A program made the position numbers and the translations under genes. A DNA stretch of 64,000 bases, taken from Marsupella aquatica. Lineage: Eukaryota > Plantae > Marchantiophyta. Shown here piece by piece: positions 12,276-25,500 of the stretch; position 1 is the first letter of the stretch; each line of letters opens with the position of its first letter. The stretch covers positions 17,038,754 to 17,102,753 of the forward strand of contig OZ316896.1 in assembly GCA_973895155.1 (NCBI GenBank). The letters are read 5' to 3'. Under the pieces are notes generated by a model. The model did not search any database. It was given only the letters and a program-made list of their open reading frames with translations, and was not told where the DNA came from.

Positions 12276-15200
12276 CTACAGGTTGCCAACCTCATCCAAA
12301 TGCTTCGTAATAGTTTCAGGGCAAGAACTTTCTCGAAGCAGTTCTAGTCGATTTGCAGCCGGTATAAAGCGTAACAAATTTTTCGCCTGGCCCCAAAACA
12401 AAAAGTGCTTAGCCTGATACCGACCATAACCAAGAGGTCATGCCAAACTAGCTATGCACACCATTCATCCAAGTTAATTATGACTCTTCACTTACCTTCT
12501 TTTACACTTCCATAAAGCCAGCAAAAAACCTTGTCAGCAAGTGCCAGACAAACGCCACCCTGCAAACACACAGGAACTGAGTCTGAGAAATAACCTTCAA
12601 TTCACATGAGAATCCAGATATCTCTTGGGACTAGTTCAAGCACAGTAAGGAAGAATGATATTATCTGAATTGTCAACCTACCCCTTGACCTAGTAGACTC
12701 ATTTCTACTTGAGCTCTGTAGAGGATAAATTACCTCCCAAAGCCGCTTTTGGTTAGCTCGCTGCGTGATATCCATTGTGCTCATCATTTCTGCTCTGGTA
12801 ACCCGACCCCTGTCATCCCTTCACACAGCAACTCTGAAAACTGAGAGCCCACTCTCTTCGGTTATGATGGCCATTGGCATCCATTCAAAAAGTAAAATCT
12901 TCCCTACAAGTACAAATCATCCGAGTAGCCTGATTGCTTCAAAACGTACAAAGTGGGTAGTTTAGCGAACATACCGGAATCCACACACTATCTGTGGCAC
13001 ACCAGCTAAGACTGATTGAATCTGCCAAGAACAAGTTCACCGACGTCAGCACATACTGAGTAACACAAGAAATCGATGAAAGCTTTACGGCAAACTGAGA
13101 GAATACTCGTACAGAGTTGGAGCATTTAAACAAACCCAGAATTTCAGAAGCTTGTGCCTCTCAAAATTGTTTACGGTTCTAGGTTCCAACTGCAGAGCAA
13201 AACAAAAGATGTCAATTGTGGTCAAAAAGGCATCATCATGGTCTACTGGTCAACCCAAAAGGATTTTCTTTTGACGATTGCGAATTTCATTTCCTTTCAA
13301 GGATTGGAAACGGAAGAGAGGTCTCTTAACAGATCTACCCCTAGAGCAAGACAATTATTTGCAAAGCAGAGGCATGTTTCAGCTTCACCAATCACCCGAA
13401 CTGCGTCATGAATAGGGCTCAAGGCGGGACCCAAAAAACGGCAACCAAATTAAGGTAAACCTATGGACGACATGGACCACCGCTCCATAACGAAACATCC
13501 AGTTAAGATCCAAACCTCACGGCTTGTTTTCAACTCAACGTAGGTATTCCAGCCATCTTGACCGGGCACATAACAGTCCATTTCGGCACCCATGATTATT
13601 TGATGAGGACCCAACTCAGTTCGAAGAACGGCACAAAATTCCATGTTCGCATCCACAACTGTATTGTCCAAAGTTGCATTCTTGGCCACATCACTTTTCC
13701 TCGACGATTCTGAACCAGGTCCGGGACCATTTCGGTTTTCGGTAGCAACACGTTCAAAGGAATATCCCCAGTAGCAGCTGCACCAGCAAATCTATCGTCA
13801 GCTTTGCTTGACACAGTGATACTTGCAGCATCGCAGACAACTTATTTCCCCACCCTCCTCCCACAAAGTTTTCAATGACTACAGCACTGCACAAAATAAG
13901 ATAATATCAGTAGTTATATCCGAGTTTTTTTAGAACTAGAATGCCACAATCAAGCAACCCTCTCAAGCCTACGTTCGCCGTTGTTGCTCTGACTGGGGGC
14001 CCTCTGGCAACTTATGCACGTCCAGATAGATGGTGCCAAAGCGCTTGTAGACCCCCATCTCCCATGCATGAAATCTGTTGTATGCAGTTCCAAGTATCTG
14101 CCAGACAAACATTGTTGACATTGAGTTTGACCGCTCGGTCTAAATGAAAAATTTGAAGCACAGCTCATCCATTAAGCCTTTAGTCGTGAAAACAGAATTG
14201 ACAGCGTCCAAATAACTTTTGTATCTATTTTATAAATTTTCCAAAAACCATCTTGCTTAAACAGAGCGTCCATTGACATAAGGTCTTAAAAACTGTCTTT
14301 TAATGTCAGGAGTTCTTGAAGCTCTGCATCGGTCCACGGCAGAACAAGTCCACAGTGATGCAGAACTGGCTCAAGTGGCTGCGCAGCTCCTCACCTTGTT
14401 CAGATTGTTCCGAAATGTCTGTAACACCAGCCGCCCAAACCATAACCATCATGTCAGGATCAGCTTTAAAACGATCCCAGACATCATATATGAGACAGCC
14501 AAAGGGCACAGCTACTTGCCACAAAATGAATGTTGTCAAGAGAAATTCTATTAGCCCTAAGGCAAGCCAGAAGATCTCTAAATCGTGAACCGGAACCATC
14601 AGTATCTGCTCCGACCAAAAAAAGCCGTCAAATCTCAACGCATTCACTGTGGCACGGCTTTGCTTGAGTAAAATATTTGTGTCTAACACTTTTGTGAGAT
14701 AAAAAAGAATGTTCCACATTTGACACTGCGTGTGTAAAAGCGTTGAAAAATGCCCTGGAACCCGCTTGTATGTTTTGAAAAGTGTTTTCATATGCTTACG
14801 CCCATTTCTTGAACGCAAATCTCCCATCACAAAATCGCTTTATACCCATCCGGTGTGCGTCCAAAATCTAATACTATAGATCAAACTATGGATTGTTCAA
14901 TCTACTAATTCCAGCTTGAGGAAGAATCAGAGCCTATCAACCTCAGCACCTTGAAAATAAACCAGGTCCCAGCGTGCCAGCATGATTACCTTCCCTTTTC
15001 TCCACATACGATTCAAATCCCTCGTTCAAATCGGCCCCAGATTCAGACAGAATACCTGACCGGAACCGCCTCTGTGTCCAACACAAGAAATATAATCAAC
15101 GGAAGCTTTCCCTAGCTAACCCTAGGATCCCTGAAGGGAACCCATAGGCATCTGCCAATATATGGGTGACAGTTGCTGAAGTTAACGACCTACCGACTAA

Positions 15201-15937
15201 CAATTGCATTCACTCACAAAATTGACGGGTAAAATTCTTTTCCCGAAATGACGTCTCTATGAAAAAGAATCCAGAACTAAGAAAATGGTGACCAACAGCA
15301 GAACGGCGAGACTCACCAGGCATCGATCATCCCAATGAACATTGCCGTCAGGGGCCCGGCTGTAGCAGGCGACTTGAGCCGGCTGCTCTCGAACACCATG
15401 GAAAAATCCAAGTAACAGGTTCAGGAGGGAAACAACGCTAGTGACCTTTAGTTCATCGTCCACAGAGCAAATGCTACTTCAATTCCGTTCAGAAGATCAT
15501 AGCAGAGCTGCCTGAATCAAAATTAGAACTCCTGAAACTTCCGAGACCAGCCACGCGATCAGTGAGCAGCGGATAATTAAAATGCTACAAAAAAAACAGA
15601 ATCTTCTACATTCCGGTCCCAAAACTAGCGAACAATATACCTCTTGAAATGGAGGGCACCTGAACCGCAAGCTGGCATCACCGTGTCCACTGGCACCCAA
15701 TTTCATTTCAGCCACTTAATTCTCGCTCTGGACACGACCGTCCCCACCCGCATAGCCTTGCCTGGCACCAGAATTGTGCATGTTGTGCCGCCCGCCACCG
15801 CCAAACCACTCTCTTTCTCCACCATGTCTTCCCGTGTCTCCATGCCTCCAACCACTTACACCACCGTGTATCGCACCTCCTTGCCTTCCACCACCTCCTG
15901 AAGCTTCACGATAGTACTGTCTTTTAGGAAAATTCGT
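12276..15937 (-). pseudogene. DXO1: Inverted duplicate of DXO1 (mid-exon 2 to last exon), disrupted
   Basis: Exon-by-exon and intron homology to 22995-26739. In-frame TAA at 15718-15716 (parent AAC TTA, copy AAT TAA). 2-nt deletion near 12380 in the last exon (gcgaaaacaatttg to gcgaaaaatttg). Exon 1 is absent. Confidence 0.88.
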
Positions 15938-17466
15938 CTCCTTGACACCTAATGAGGCCTCCAGACTACTACTGGTCTCCTTGTCTAGCCTGTATCAGAA
16001 CATCATCTTCTCAAATAAGGTTCTGAATTTTCAATACAGCAGTACTACAGGAAACGCTTTGATCCTAAGGAATTGTTTTTAAATATTATGCTTCCTTTCA
16101 TTGCAAGATCGACAGTGCTTTTCCCATTTGCAGCAAGATGAGCGCAAACCTTTCTTTTAAAACTTCAAGAGTCTTTTGATTTTCTTCCGCACAACTGCGC
16201 TATTTCATTTCCACTGTTTCTTTCACCTTCTCCTCCATCTTGCCAAAACATTGCACAGAAGTGATCATATTTAGAAACTTGAATTTTATGTCTAGGAGAT
16301 ACTGTACATGTAGATCTATTCCAAAACGTTCCCAAATCACAACCAAAAGTGAAAGCACCCTCGGTAACTCCTCTGAAATCATTGCGAGAACAGAATTTAA
16401 ACCTGTCGCTCTAGTAGTCGGTTGCGCTCCTCTAGCCTCCTCACAGTTGCTGCTGGTTCTTGAGATGAGCTGCTTCAGTCCTGAACTCCTCTAATTTCAG
16501 GTTCAATTTCCAGTTCTCAATCTCCAGCTGTGCAACTTTTGTTACCAGCTCCTACAAACCCAAGAAGTTCAGTGGTTTCAGGAGGCATATAGGACAGTTG
16601 TCATCTCCATTAGATCAGCTGGCATTTGACTATCGACTCCAATAGGGTGTCTGTCTCAGTTTAAGACTTGAGAAGAAACGCTAAAATTATTCAAAGCGGC
16701 TCTGATCGAAGAGTCCTTTAATGTAGAATTTTGCATATTTTGACTGTACGATATCTGCAACGTACAGTCAAAAAGTGAAATCCGTATTGATTCTAGCCAA
16801 AACAAAGTCCAACAGTGAGATGCTTGAAACTATGATCTCAAAACTGTATATAAACCGGTACAATTAGCTTACATCGGCTGAGACAAGCGCAGGTAGTGGA
16901 TTGGGCGCAAGTAAAGCTTTTGGTAGATAATTATTCAGGAAAGCATTCTCTCCACATTTCGCTCGCTTAGTCAGATTATCCACTTCTCCCTATGGCGAAC
17001 GCCTTAGTCTTTGTCTTAGGAATCAGTCTTCTAAAAATCTGCATTTTGTCAAACCACCCAAGTCGATCACACATCCACACTCAGCAGTCCCAAAATTCTA
17101 CAATGTGTAACATGTCCTTTCTCATCTCAGTCGGACAGATGAAAGTACCGAGGTATGAACGATTAAGCACCCACGACATGCTCCTCGTCAAAAACTTTGA
17201 CATGAAGTCATTCCTTTCAATTGCAGGAAAAAAATGATCTCTAACCACTAGAACCCAAGGCAGCAAAAAAGTAGCTTATTGAAGACACAAGCAATTGTGA
17301 GATTGATAAAGTACCTCATGTACTCTCTGCGAGCTTTCGACATTTTTTCAGACTGTTCTCTTGATTTCCTCCGATTCGCAGCCCTTGCTCATCAAGTTTC
17401 CCTCTCTCTCGCTCCAGATCTATTTCTGCAAGGATTCCATAATTATGCAGAACATTAATGACACCC

Positions 17467-17528
<62 letters not shown>

Positions 17529-17742
17529 TACAAGGATGCCATTTCCACGACATTAATGATGCACCCAGATTATCTGCAGGTCATTGTGCTGTTGGGCTTT
17601 GAGTCTAGAAGCAATAGCCCTAGTAGGCTTCACTCAGAGTTTAAAGTGGAATGGGTCATTGTGCTGTTGGGCTTTGAGTCTAGAAGCACTAGCCCTAGTT
17701 GGCTTCACTTCACACCTTCACTCAGAGTTTAAAGTGGAATGC
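15938..17742 (-). pseudogene. CASP: Inverted partial duplicate of CASP (exons 2-5 plus 5' part of exon 9), fused to the DXO1 copy
   Basis: Reverse-complement homology to ~30170-31780 and 32866-32931. Nonsense TAG at 16202-16200 (MEEKVKETVEMK*). Indels in exon 3 near 16990-17015. Exons 6-8 are deleted. Confidence 0.88.
17469..17523. repeat. (CT)n microsatellite
   Basis: About 27 perfect CT units, absent from the parental CASP intron. Confidence 0.95.
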
Positions 17743-18319
17743 ATCAAGAACTATAATACCAGGTTGCGCCTTTTTATGCAGTGGTAGTCATTCAAATTTG
17801 GAGTAGCTTTTGGGGTGGAAAAAACAGAAACTGAAAAAAGTGGAAGCAATAAAGAACAAATGAATTATATTTGGTGTGAATGAAAAAGTGAATGCACGTG
17901 TCCCCAAACTAGAAGGAAAAAGACAAAGTCTTCCTGTATACAAATTATATGCTCTTCCCTCTACTATCCAAGTTATACCATGCCCCTCCTCTACCATCCA
18001 TGCTATCTCTTAATTCCTTCTACCATCCATGCAATACCATGCTCCTCCCTCTACCATCCATGCTATATCAACCATGCATACATGGCTACACAATGATAGT
18101 AGTTTAATTGCAAATATCACATAGTCAATCAAGTAGGGCATAATCTAATCAATGAGAGAAAAAGAGACCAAAAAGTAATAAAATAAAACAGAGGGAACCA
18201 AGGGGGGGGTTGGTTTGGGGTGGTTTGTTGAGCTTTGAAAGGAAAAAATGACAAAAGCAAAGAGAAAAATCATTGTCACTGTGTTATACTTTGGTGGTTG
18301 ATGTCACCTCTCTTTTGAG

Positions 18320-19435
18320 TCATGATATCTTTTACTCAACATCTTTTATGCAATGAGATCTTTCTAACAAACAAAATCTTTTACTCAAGCTATCTTTAAC
18401 AACATGGTAATTTTTCTCAACTACATCTTTAGCACAACCTCATCTGTTATGCATTGATATCTTTTGACAAACAATATCGTTTAATAGTAAATCAAATGCA
18501 AGGACATTTTGGGTAAAAAATAAAACAAAGAAAAAGACTCGCTCCTTCTCTCCTTGACTTTTTATTTCATAACATCTTTCCCATAATGACAACTTGGGTG
18601 AAACTACATCTTTTTTCTTATAACATCTTTTACTTCACAATATCTTTGGCAAAAATGACACCTTTTTCTTATCAACACCTTTCACATAATGACATCGTTT
18701 TATTTCATGACATCTTTCACATAACAACATCTTGAGCAACACGACATCTTTTTTCTTAACGACATCTTTTGTGCAATGTGTTGAACTATGACGTCTTCCT
18801 TCATGACGATCCAATCATTACTCATTCCATGCACACGTAGTTGACACAATCTCTACGTGGGTCACCTCTTCTCCAAGGCTACGTCCACACGAACACTCAA
18901 GTTTTACTTCAAGAGTAGATGAACACACATGCTCTCACTCTTCCTCAAGTTGCTCCATTACAATGAGTAAGCACACCACCCCAGCGGCTTACACTAGCCC
19001 TGGTATATACAAGGTTACACACGACTAACCTAACCTCGGCTAAGACCCTAACTGTGGTTAGTCTAAGTGCCGTAACCTTTGAGTCACAAGACTAAGAGCA
19101 ATCCTTAACACAATGCACTGGTATTTTCCCTCAACAATGTCTTGGCCGACACGACATCTTTTCTCTCAATGACATCTTGGCGGATATGACAAATTTTTTC
19201 TTGATGACATCTTGGCCGAAATGACATCTTTTTTCTCAACAACTTCTTGGCCGACACGGCACATTTTTCTCAATGCCAACACGACATCCTTTTTCTCAAC
19301 GACCTCTTGGCCAACACGACATCTTTTCTCTCGCGACCTCTTGGGCGACATGACATGTTTTCTCTCAACGACCTCTTGACCGCAACGACATCTTTTTTTT
19401 TTAATGACATCTTGGCCGACTTGACTTCTTTTGTG
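18320..19435. repeat. Degenerate ~17/33-bp minisatellite (acgacatcttttttctcaacgacctcttggccg) interrupted by a solo LTR
   Basis: Recurring gacatcttt motif on both sides of 18779-19110. Confidence 0.75.
18779..19110 (+). mobile_element. Solo LTR with 5-bp TSD CAATG
   Basis: TGTTGA...TTAACA termini with CAATG on both sides. Diverged relative of 40363-40706 (ctacgtccac, ctaactgtggtta, gagtcacaagacta). Confidence 0.85.
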
Positions 19436-21749
19436 CAAGGCACGGGGATTGAGCTAGTATGACCATAATAATATACAGTAGCTATACAATTTGAATATGA
19501 AACTGCTATATGGTGAATCCATCTTCCAATATTTTGTGTTATTCAAACTTCTTTTCTTGTGTATTTTAATTCAATGTGTCTTACCAAGGTGCATCCCTTG
19601 TATACTTTAGATTTTGAATTTAATCTGGCACCCCTCTAAATTTTTCAACCTTTGCTATACTTTTGATCATCCACCCTTTAACAAAGCTCACGGAAGTTCT
19701 AGCCCTTAGTGAAGAAGAAATGATCTAATTAAAGTGCACTCCTCATGTCTTTAAGTTCTACTCATGGTTTTGTGTCCTAAATTTATGGTTTTAATTCATT
19801 TGAGTGTCATTACCTAAGATAAGTACATAAATATCTTTACTGGTGTATAGTATGTGTAGAACCCAATACCATAGACTTAAATTTTTTCTGTTCATTATTA
19901 CTTTTCTTTACATGTGTACTTTTACTCTTGTATCTTATGTGCACAACTTTTCAATGTCACCCTTCCTAATCAATGTCCTATTTATATTTGCCACAAAAAA
20001 TTAGATCACCTGAACTTCACTAAAAACCTTAAACTTTTTGCTAGAGGACAAAATAACTTTTCATGTTCCAGGATGAGTATGCTATAGCTACATCATTCTG
20101 GTGTATGACTATTTTAACTTATTGAAAACTATATATAAGCTAAGTTATACTATCATTTCTAAATTTATTTAAATACAGATTTTGCATAATAGAATGGAAA
20201 TATCATGTAACTATAACATCACTTCCTGTTTTTGTCGTGTAGCACAATAAAAGGATAATCTATGTTGATCAATTGAATAGGATATCTATTCTACGTTTAA
20301 TGAATTAAATTAAAACGTGAATGGATTCTAAAAGTGATAATGAGAAATCTTAAATAGATTTAATGGGAAAAAATGACCAAGTCTATGGCTATTGATGCAA
20401 GTCCTTGGGATGAAAATAGTAATTATAATGAATGTAGGGAATTCCTCGTTGATGTACACAAGTTTCTATATGACACGTATCACAATTGTGCCCACAGTCA
20501 AAAGATTGAAATTATGTATTATGAACATACTTAAAATCTAGCCTAACGATTATGAGTGGTGTGGGAATGGGAGATACTTGATTAAAACCTTGCCAAAGCC
20601 ATTGTGCTTCTAGTTTAACAAATCTAACATTCTGAAGACTCCCACTACCCAAAGAGGTAGACAACGAATTCAATTCAAAAATTTAAGGGGTTGAATGAAT
20701 CGTGTGAAAAAAATTAATACTAAAAGAAATTAAAGGGGGTCTCTCGTAATTCTGATTGGGAAGAAAACAAAGAAAAGGCCCTCATAAACTAAATAACAAT
20801 TCAATTATCACTACGAAAATGGAGCATTCTCAGCAGGTCAAATGTATTCACATATAATAGTGTCAAAAAAGTCATAATATAAGCTTCTACTCAGTTTGAC
20901 ATCCTGACTGGCTGGTCTACTGAGGGGAAATGGCCACACCTACTGTAACTATTTTGTTAGTTTTGGATGAATCTGGTGTTTGGATGGACCACAATGTTTG
21001 ACTTCAAGGACTCTGGTGGACCCAGCACTTTCTGAGATAGTACTTGAAAAGGAGCATATTTACACATAGGAAGGGAAATATTTATTTTTGCTTTGATATT
21101 GTTTTTGCCTCGCCTGTGGCAGGGATTAATTTTCTTTGCAAGGCACTGGCACCTCACATTTTTTGGCCCACAATCTTCTGTGGCGATCGACACATTGCAC
21201 CCAAAACATTTTTTTGCCCAACACCTTTGCCTGACCTGCCTCCCATCTAAATTGGTCTCACTCCTATTCTTGCCATAGCTCTTGCCCCAACTCTGGCTTG
21301 GGCTCTTGCTACCTATTTACATCTTCTATCCTTGCTTTTGACTTGTAGTCACTTGACAACCCCTGATTTACCTTGCAACCATCAGCACCTGACAATATTT
21401 TCACAATGACAACACCTTACTCAAAACAAAAAATATTGTGTCAACACACTTCCCAAAGGCAATCAAAGGAGAATGGATTTTGGTTCCGGGGTGGGGGGGA
21501 CCACTGCCCGAGTTTGCCAAAACGTACATAAACCAAGACTCTACCATTTTGTCATCCGCTCCAGCCCGATCATCTTTGTTTTGCTTTGGGGAATGCATGT
21601 TTTGCTTCGGTGGGTAAACTAGAGTTGAATTTGTGCAACTCAACTATAATCAGCATCAACCATGCACGAATGGACCATGGTTAGGGGACATTACAAATAT
21701 CTATATTGTATAAAAATCTGTTTTGTTTTTTTCTTTCACCATCTTCTAC

Positions 21750-21965
21750 AGTGACTAATGGTTATGGTAAAAAACTAATACTCATGACAAAAAGTTATGG
21801 ACTATGAATTTTGTAGTCCATAACTTTTGTGTCCATAATCCAAAAGGAGGGAGTTAAGTGACTAATGATTATAGTAGAAACCAATACTTATAGCAAAAAG
21901 TTATGGACTACTAATTTGGTAATCCATAATTTTTTGCGTCCATAATCCATAGCCAGGGAGTTAAG
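21750..21965. repeat. ~108-bp tandem duplication with internal hairpin
   Basis: gtgactaatg...aaaagttatggacta-N-tagtccataactttt...ggagttaag occurs twice. Confidence 0.8.
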
Positions 21966-22135
21966 GTACATTAAATTGTCATCAGACGCACAATTAGATT
22001 CTACAACACTCTCTGCTCATGAACAACTCGTGTCACAACACCATCATTCTTATGTTCGTTGGTTCCCGTTCTTTTGCATAACCCACATAGGACTTGGAGG
22101 AAGACGAGCGACGTGGTCGACCGCAAGAGAACTTA

Positions 22136-22166
<31 letters not shown>

Positions 22167-22558
22167 TCTGGGAATCCGTGGCTGAAGGATTCGGAGGCTT
22201 TCCTGCTACAGTATGCGCCTTGTTCCCCGATGATCCAGCAGGACAGCTATCCCTTGAGAAAATTTGGAATTCAGATCACTTTTCTGGGGATTGTTTGATG
22301 GAGGGGTCTCGTAGAATTCGAATTTTCAATAGGTTTGGTCGAGGAATTTAGGGTTGTGGGCTGTTGTACAACGTACCTAACAATAACCAGAGGTTTCTCC
22401 TCCTGGGGCGATTCGTGTCATTGCAACATTGTAGATCAATAAATTCATCGAGGTGCTTGGATCATAAAATCAGGGAAGTGAAAGGGGAGAAATTTAGGGT
22501 GATCCTGAAAGAGAGGAACAACAACAGAGAGAGACATAGACGCTAAGAGAAATCAACG

Positions 22559-25500
22559 ATGAGGGCTGCGAAGGAAGAAGAGGAGGAGGACGTCGAAATC
22601 GATGATGAGGAAGGAGGAGCAGAGGAGGAAGAAGAGGAGGAAGAGGAGGAAGAGGAAGCCGAAGAGGAAATAAACATAGATGAGCAGCTAGACGATGTGG
22701 AGGAAGATTACAACCAGCCTGAGGAAGACGAGGGTGAAAAAGATCTATTCGATTCCGATGAGAATGAGGATTACGCCAAAACTACCGTCATTAGCTCAAT
22801 TAAGCCCCCACGTAAGCTATCCTGGAGCTTGGAGTACATTCTGCTGGCCACTGAATCTTCAACACTCTGAAATTGGACTGCAAACATTGTATCACCGATT
22901 TTAGTTGACATTTGTTTTTTGAACTGAGACTATTGGGATCATAATTGATGCCTTCTGTTATGGACGCTAAAATTCCGCAGGGCCTCCCCCTCCCACGAAT
23001 TTTCCAAAAAGGCAGGACTATCATGAAGCTTCAGGGGGTGGTGGAAGGCAAGGAGGTGGGAGACACGCTGGTGGAAGGGGTGGGAGGCATGGAGACAGGG
23101 GAAGACATGGTGGAGAAAGAGAGTGGTTTGGCGGTGGCGGGCGGCACAACAGGCACAATTCTGGTGCCGGGCAAGGCTATACGGGTGGGGGCCGTCGTTT
23201 CCAGAGCGAGAACTTAGTGGCTGAAATGAAATTGGGTGCCAGTGGACACGCTGATGCCAGCTTGCGGCTCAAATGCCCTCCATTTCAAGAGGTATATTGT
23301 TCTCTAGTTCTGGGACCGGAATGTAGAAGATTACTGTTTATTGTATGCGATTATAACTATCCACTGCTCAGTGATCGTCTAGCTTGTCTCGGAAGTTTCA
23401 GGAATGCTTATTTTGATTCAGATAGTGCCCTGCTCTGCTATGATCTTCTGAACGGAATTGAATTAGAGTTTGCTATGTGGAGAATGAACTAAAGTTCACT
23501 AGCTTTGTTTCCCTTGCCAACCTTTTACTTGGAATTTTCCGTGGTGTTTCGAGAGCAGCCGTCTCAAGTTGCCTGCTATAGCCGGGCCCCTGACGGCAAT
23601 GTTCATTGGGATGATCGATGCCTGGTGAGTCTCGCCCTTCTGCAGGTGGTCTCCATTTTTTTTATTCTGGATTCTTGTCATAGAGAGGGACTCCGGGAAA
23701 GAATTATACCCGTCAACTTTGTGAGTCAGTAAATGCAGTTTGTATCGGTGGGTTCTTAACTTTATCAATTGTCACCCATTTATGGCAGATACCTGTGGCT
23801 GCCCTTAATGGATCCTAAGATTAAGTAGGGAAAGCTTCCGTTGATTATGTTTCGTGTGTTGTTACAGAGGCGGTTCCGGTCAGGTATTCTGTCTGAATCT
23901 GGGGCCGATTTGAACGAGGGATTTGAATCGTATGTGGAGAAAAGGGAAGGTAATCATGCTGGCACGCTGGGACCTGGTTTATTTTCAAGGTGCTGAGGTT
24001 GATGGGCTCTAATTTTTCCTCAAGCTGGAGTTAGTTGATTGAAAAATTCTCCCCAGTTTGATCTCTAGTACAAAAAGATTGGATGCACACCGGATGCTAT
24101 AACGAGATTTTTTGATTGGAGATTCGCTTTCAAGAACTGGGATAAGTATATGAAAACAGTCTTCATAACCCACAGCGGGTTCCAGGGCATTTTTCAATGG
24201 TTTTCTACACGTGCAGTGTCAAATGCGGAACATTGTTTGTTATCTCACAGAAGTATTAGATATAGATATTTTACCCAAACAAACCCGTGCCACAGTGAAT
24301 GCGTTGAGACGTATTTGACTGGCTGTTTTTCGTGTGTGCCTCGGAGCAGATACTGATGGTTCCGGTTCAGGATTTGGAGATCTTCTGGCTTGCCTTAGGG
24401 CTAAGAGAATTTCTCTTGACAACATTCATTTTGTGGCAAGTAGCTGTGCCCTTGGACAGATTTTTTGTTGAGCGGCCTTCTGGATCTCTCATGTATGATG
24501 TCTGGGATCTTTTTGAAGCTGATCCTGACATCATGGTTATGGTTTGGGCGGATGGTGTCGCAGACATTTCGGAACAATCTGAACAAGGTGAGGAGCTGCG
24601 CTGCCACTTGAGCCAGTTCTGCATCACTGTGGACTTGTTCTGCCGTGGACCAATGCAGAGCTTCAAGTACTCCTGACATTAAAAGACAGTTTTTGGGGCC
24701 TTATGTCAATGGACGCTCTGTTTTAAGCAAGATGGTTATAAAACAATTATGAGACAGATACAAAAGTTATTTGGATGCTGTCAAATCTCTCTTCACGACT
24801 AAGTCGTAATGGATGAGCTTTGCTTCAAAATTTTCTTTTAGACGGAGAGGTCAAACTCAATGTCAACAATGTTTGTCTGGCAGATACTTGGAACTGCATA
24901 CAACAGATTTGATGCATGGGAGATGGGGGTCTACAAGCGCTTTGGCACCATCTATCTGGACGTTCATAAGTTGCCAGAGGGGCCCCAGTCAGAGCAGCAA
25001 CGACGGAAGTAAGCTTAAGAGGGTTGTTTTGTAGGCATAGACTTCATTGTCCCATTCAAGTACTCGAAAAAATCGGATATAACTACTGATTTTATCTTAT
25101 TTTGTGGCAGTGCGGTAGTCTTTGAAATTTTTTTGGGAGGAGGGTGGGAAAATAAGTTGTCTGAGATGGTGCAAGTATCACTGTGTCAAGCAAAGCTGAC
25201 GATAGATTTGCTGGTGCAGCTGCTACTGGGGATATTCCTTTGAACGTGTTGCTACGGAAAACCGAAATGGTCCCAGACCTGGTTCAGAAATGTTGCGGCA
25301 AAATGGTGTGGCCAAGAGTGCGACTTTGGACAATACAGTTGTGGATGCGAATGTAGAATTTTGTGCCGTTCTTCGAACTAAGCTTGGTCCTCATCGAATA
25401 ATCATGGGTGCCGAAATGGACTGTTATGAGCCCGGTCGAGATGGCAGAAAGAACTACGTTGAGTTGAAGACAAGCCGTGAGGTTTGGATCGTAGTTGGAT

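Larger units (their letters stand above)
11465..17742 (-). repeat. ~6.3-kb inverted segmental duplication of 22995-27695 plus 30170-32931 (with internal deletion)
   Basis: Continuous reverse-complement similarity including introns and the 3' flank, e.g. 11525-11555 gtaaaaagtacataaaatataatctttagca vs 27602-27630. Confidence 0.92.

Noticed and set aside
14303-14830. Conserved-looking ORF pairs at 14.3-14.8 kb and 24.3-24.7 kb
   Set aside because: Similarity comes from the inverted duplication; they are off-frame or antisense readings of DXO1 exons 5-6 and introns.
17316-17525. ORF with (ER)n tract fused to CASP exon 2
   Set aside because: Translation of a (CT)n microsatellite in intron-derived sequence of the pseudogene.
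19166-19462. Repetitive ORFs (VGQEVVEKK...)
   Set aside because: Translations of a non-coding minisatellite.
22945-23217. [16 protein letters not shown]...
   Set aside because: Wrong frame of DXO1 exon 2; the RGG-rich frame is the one that splices correctly.
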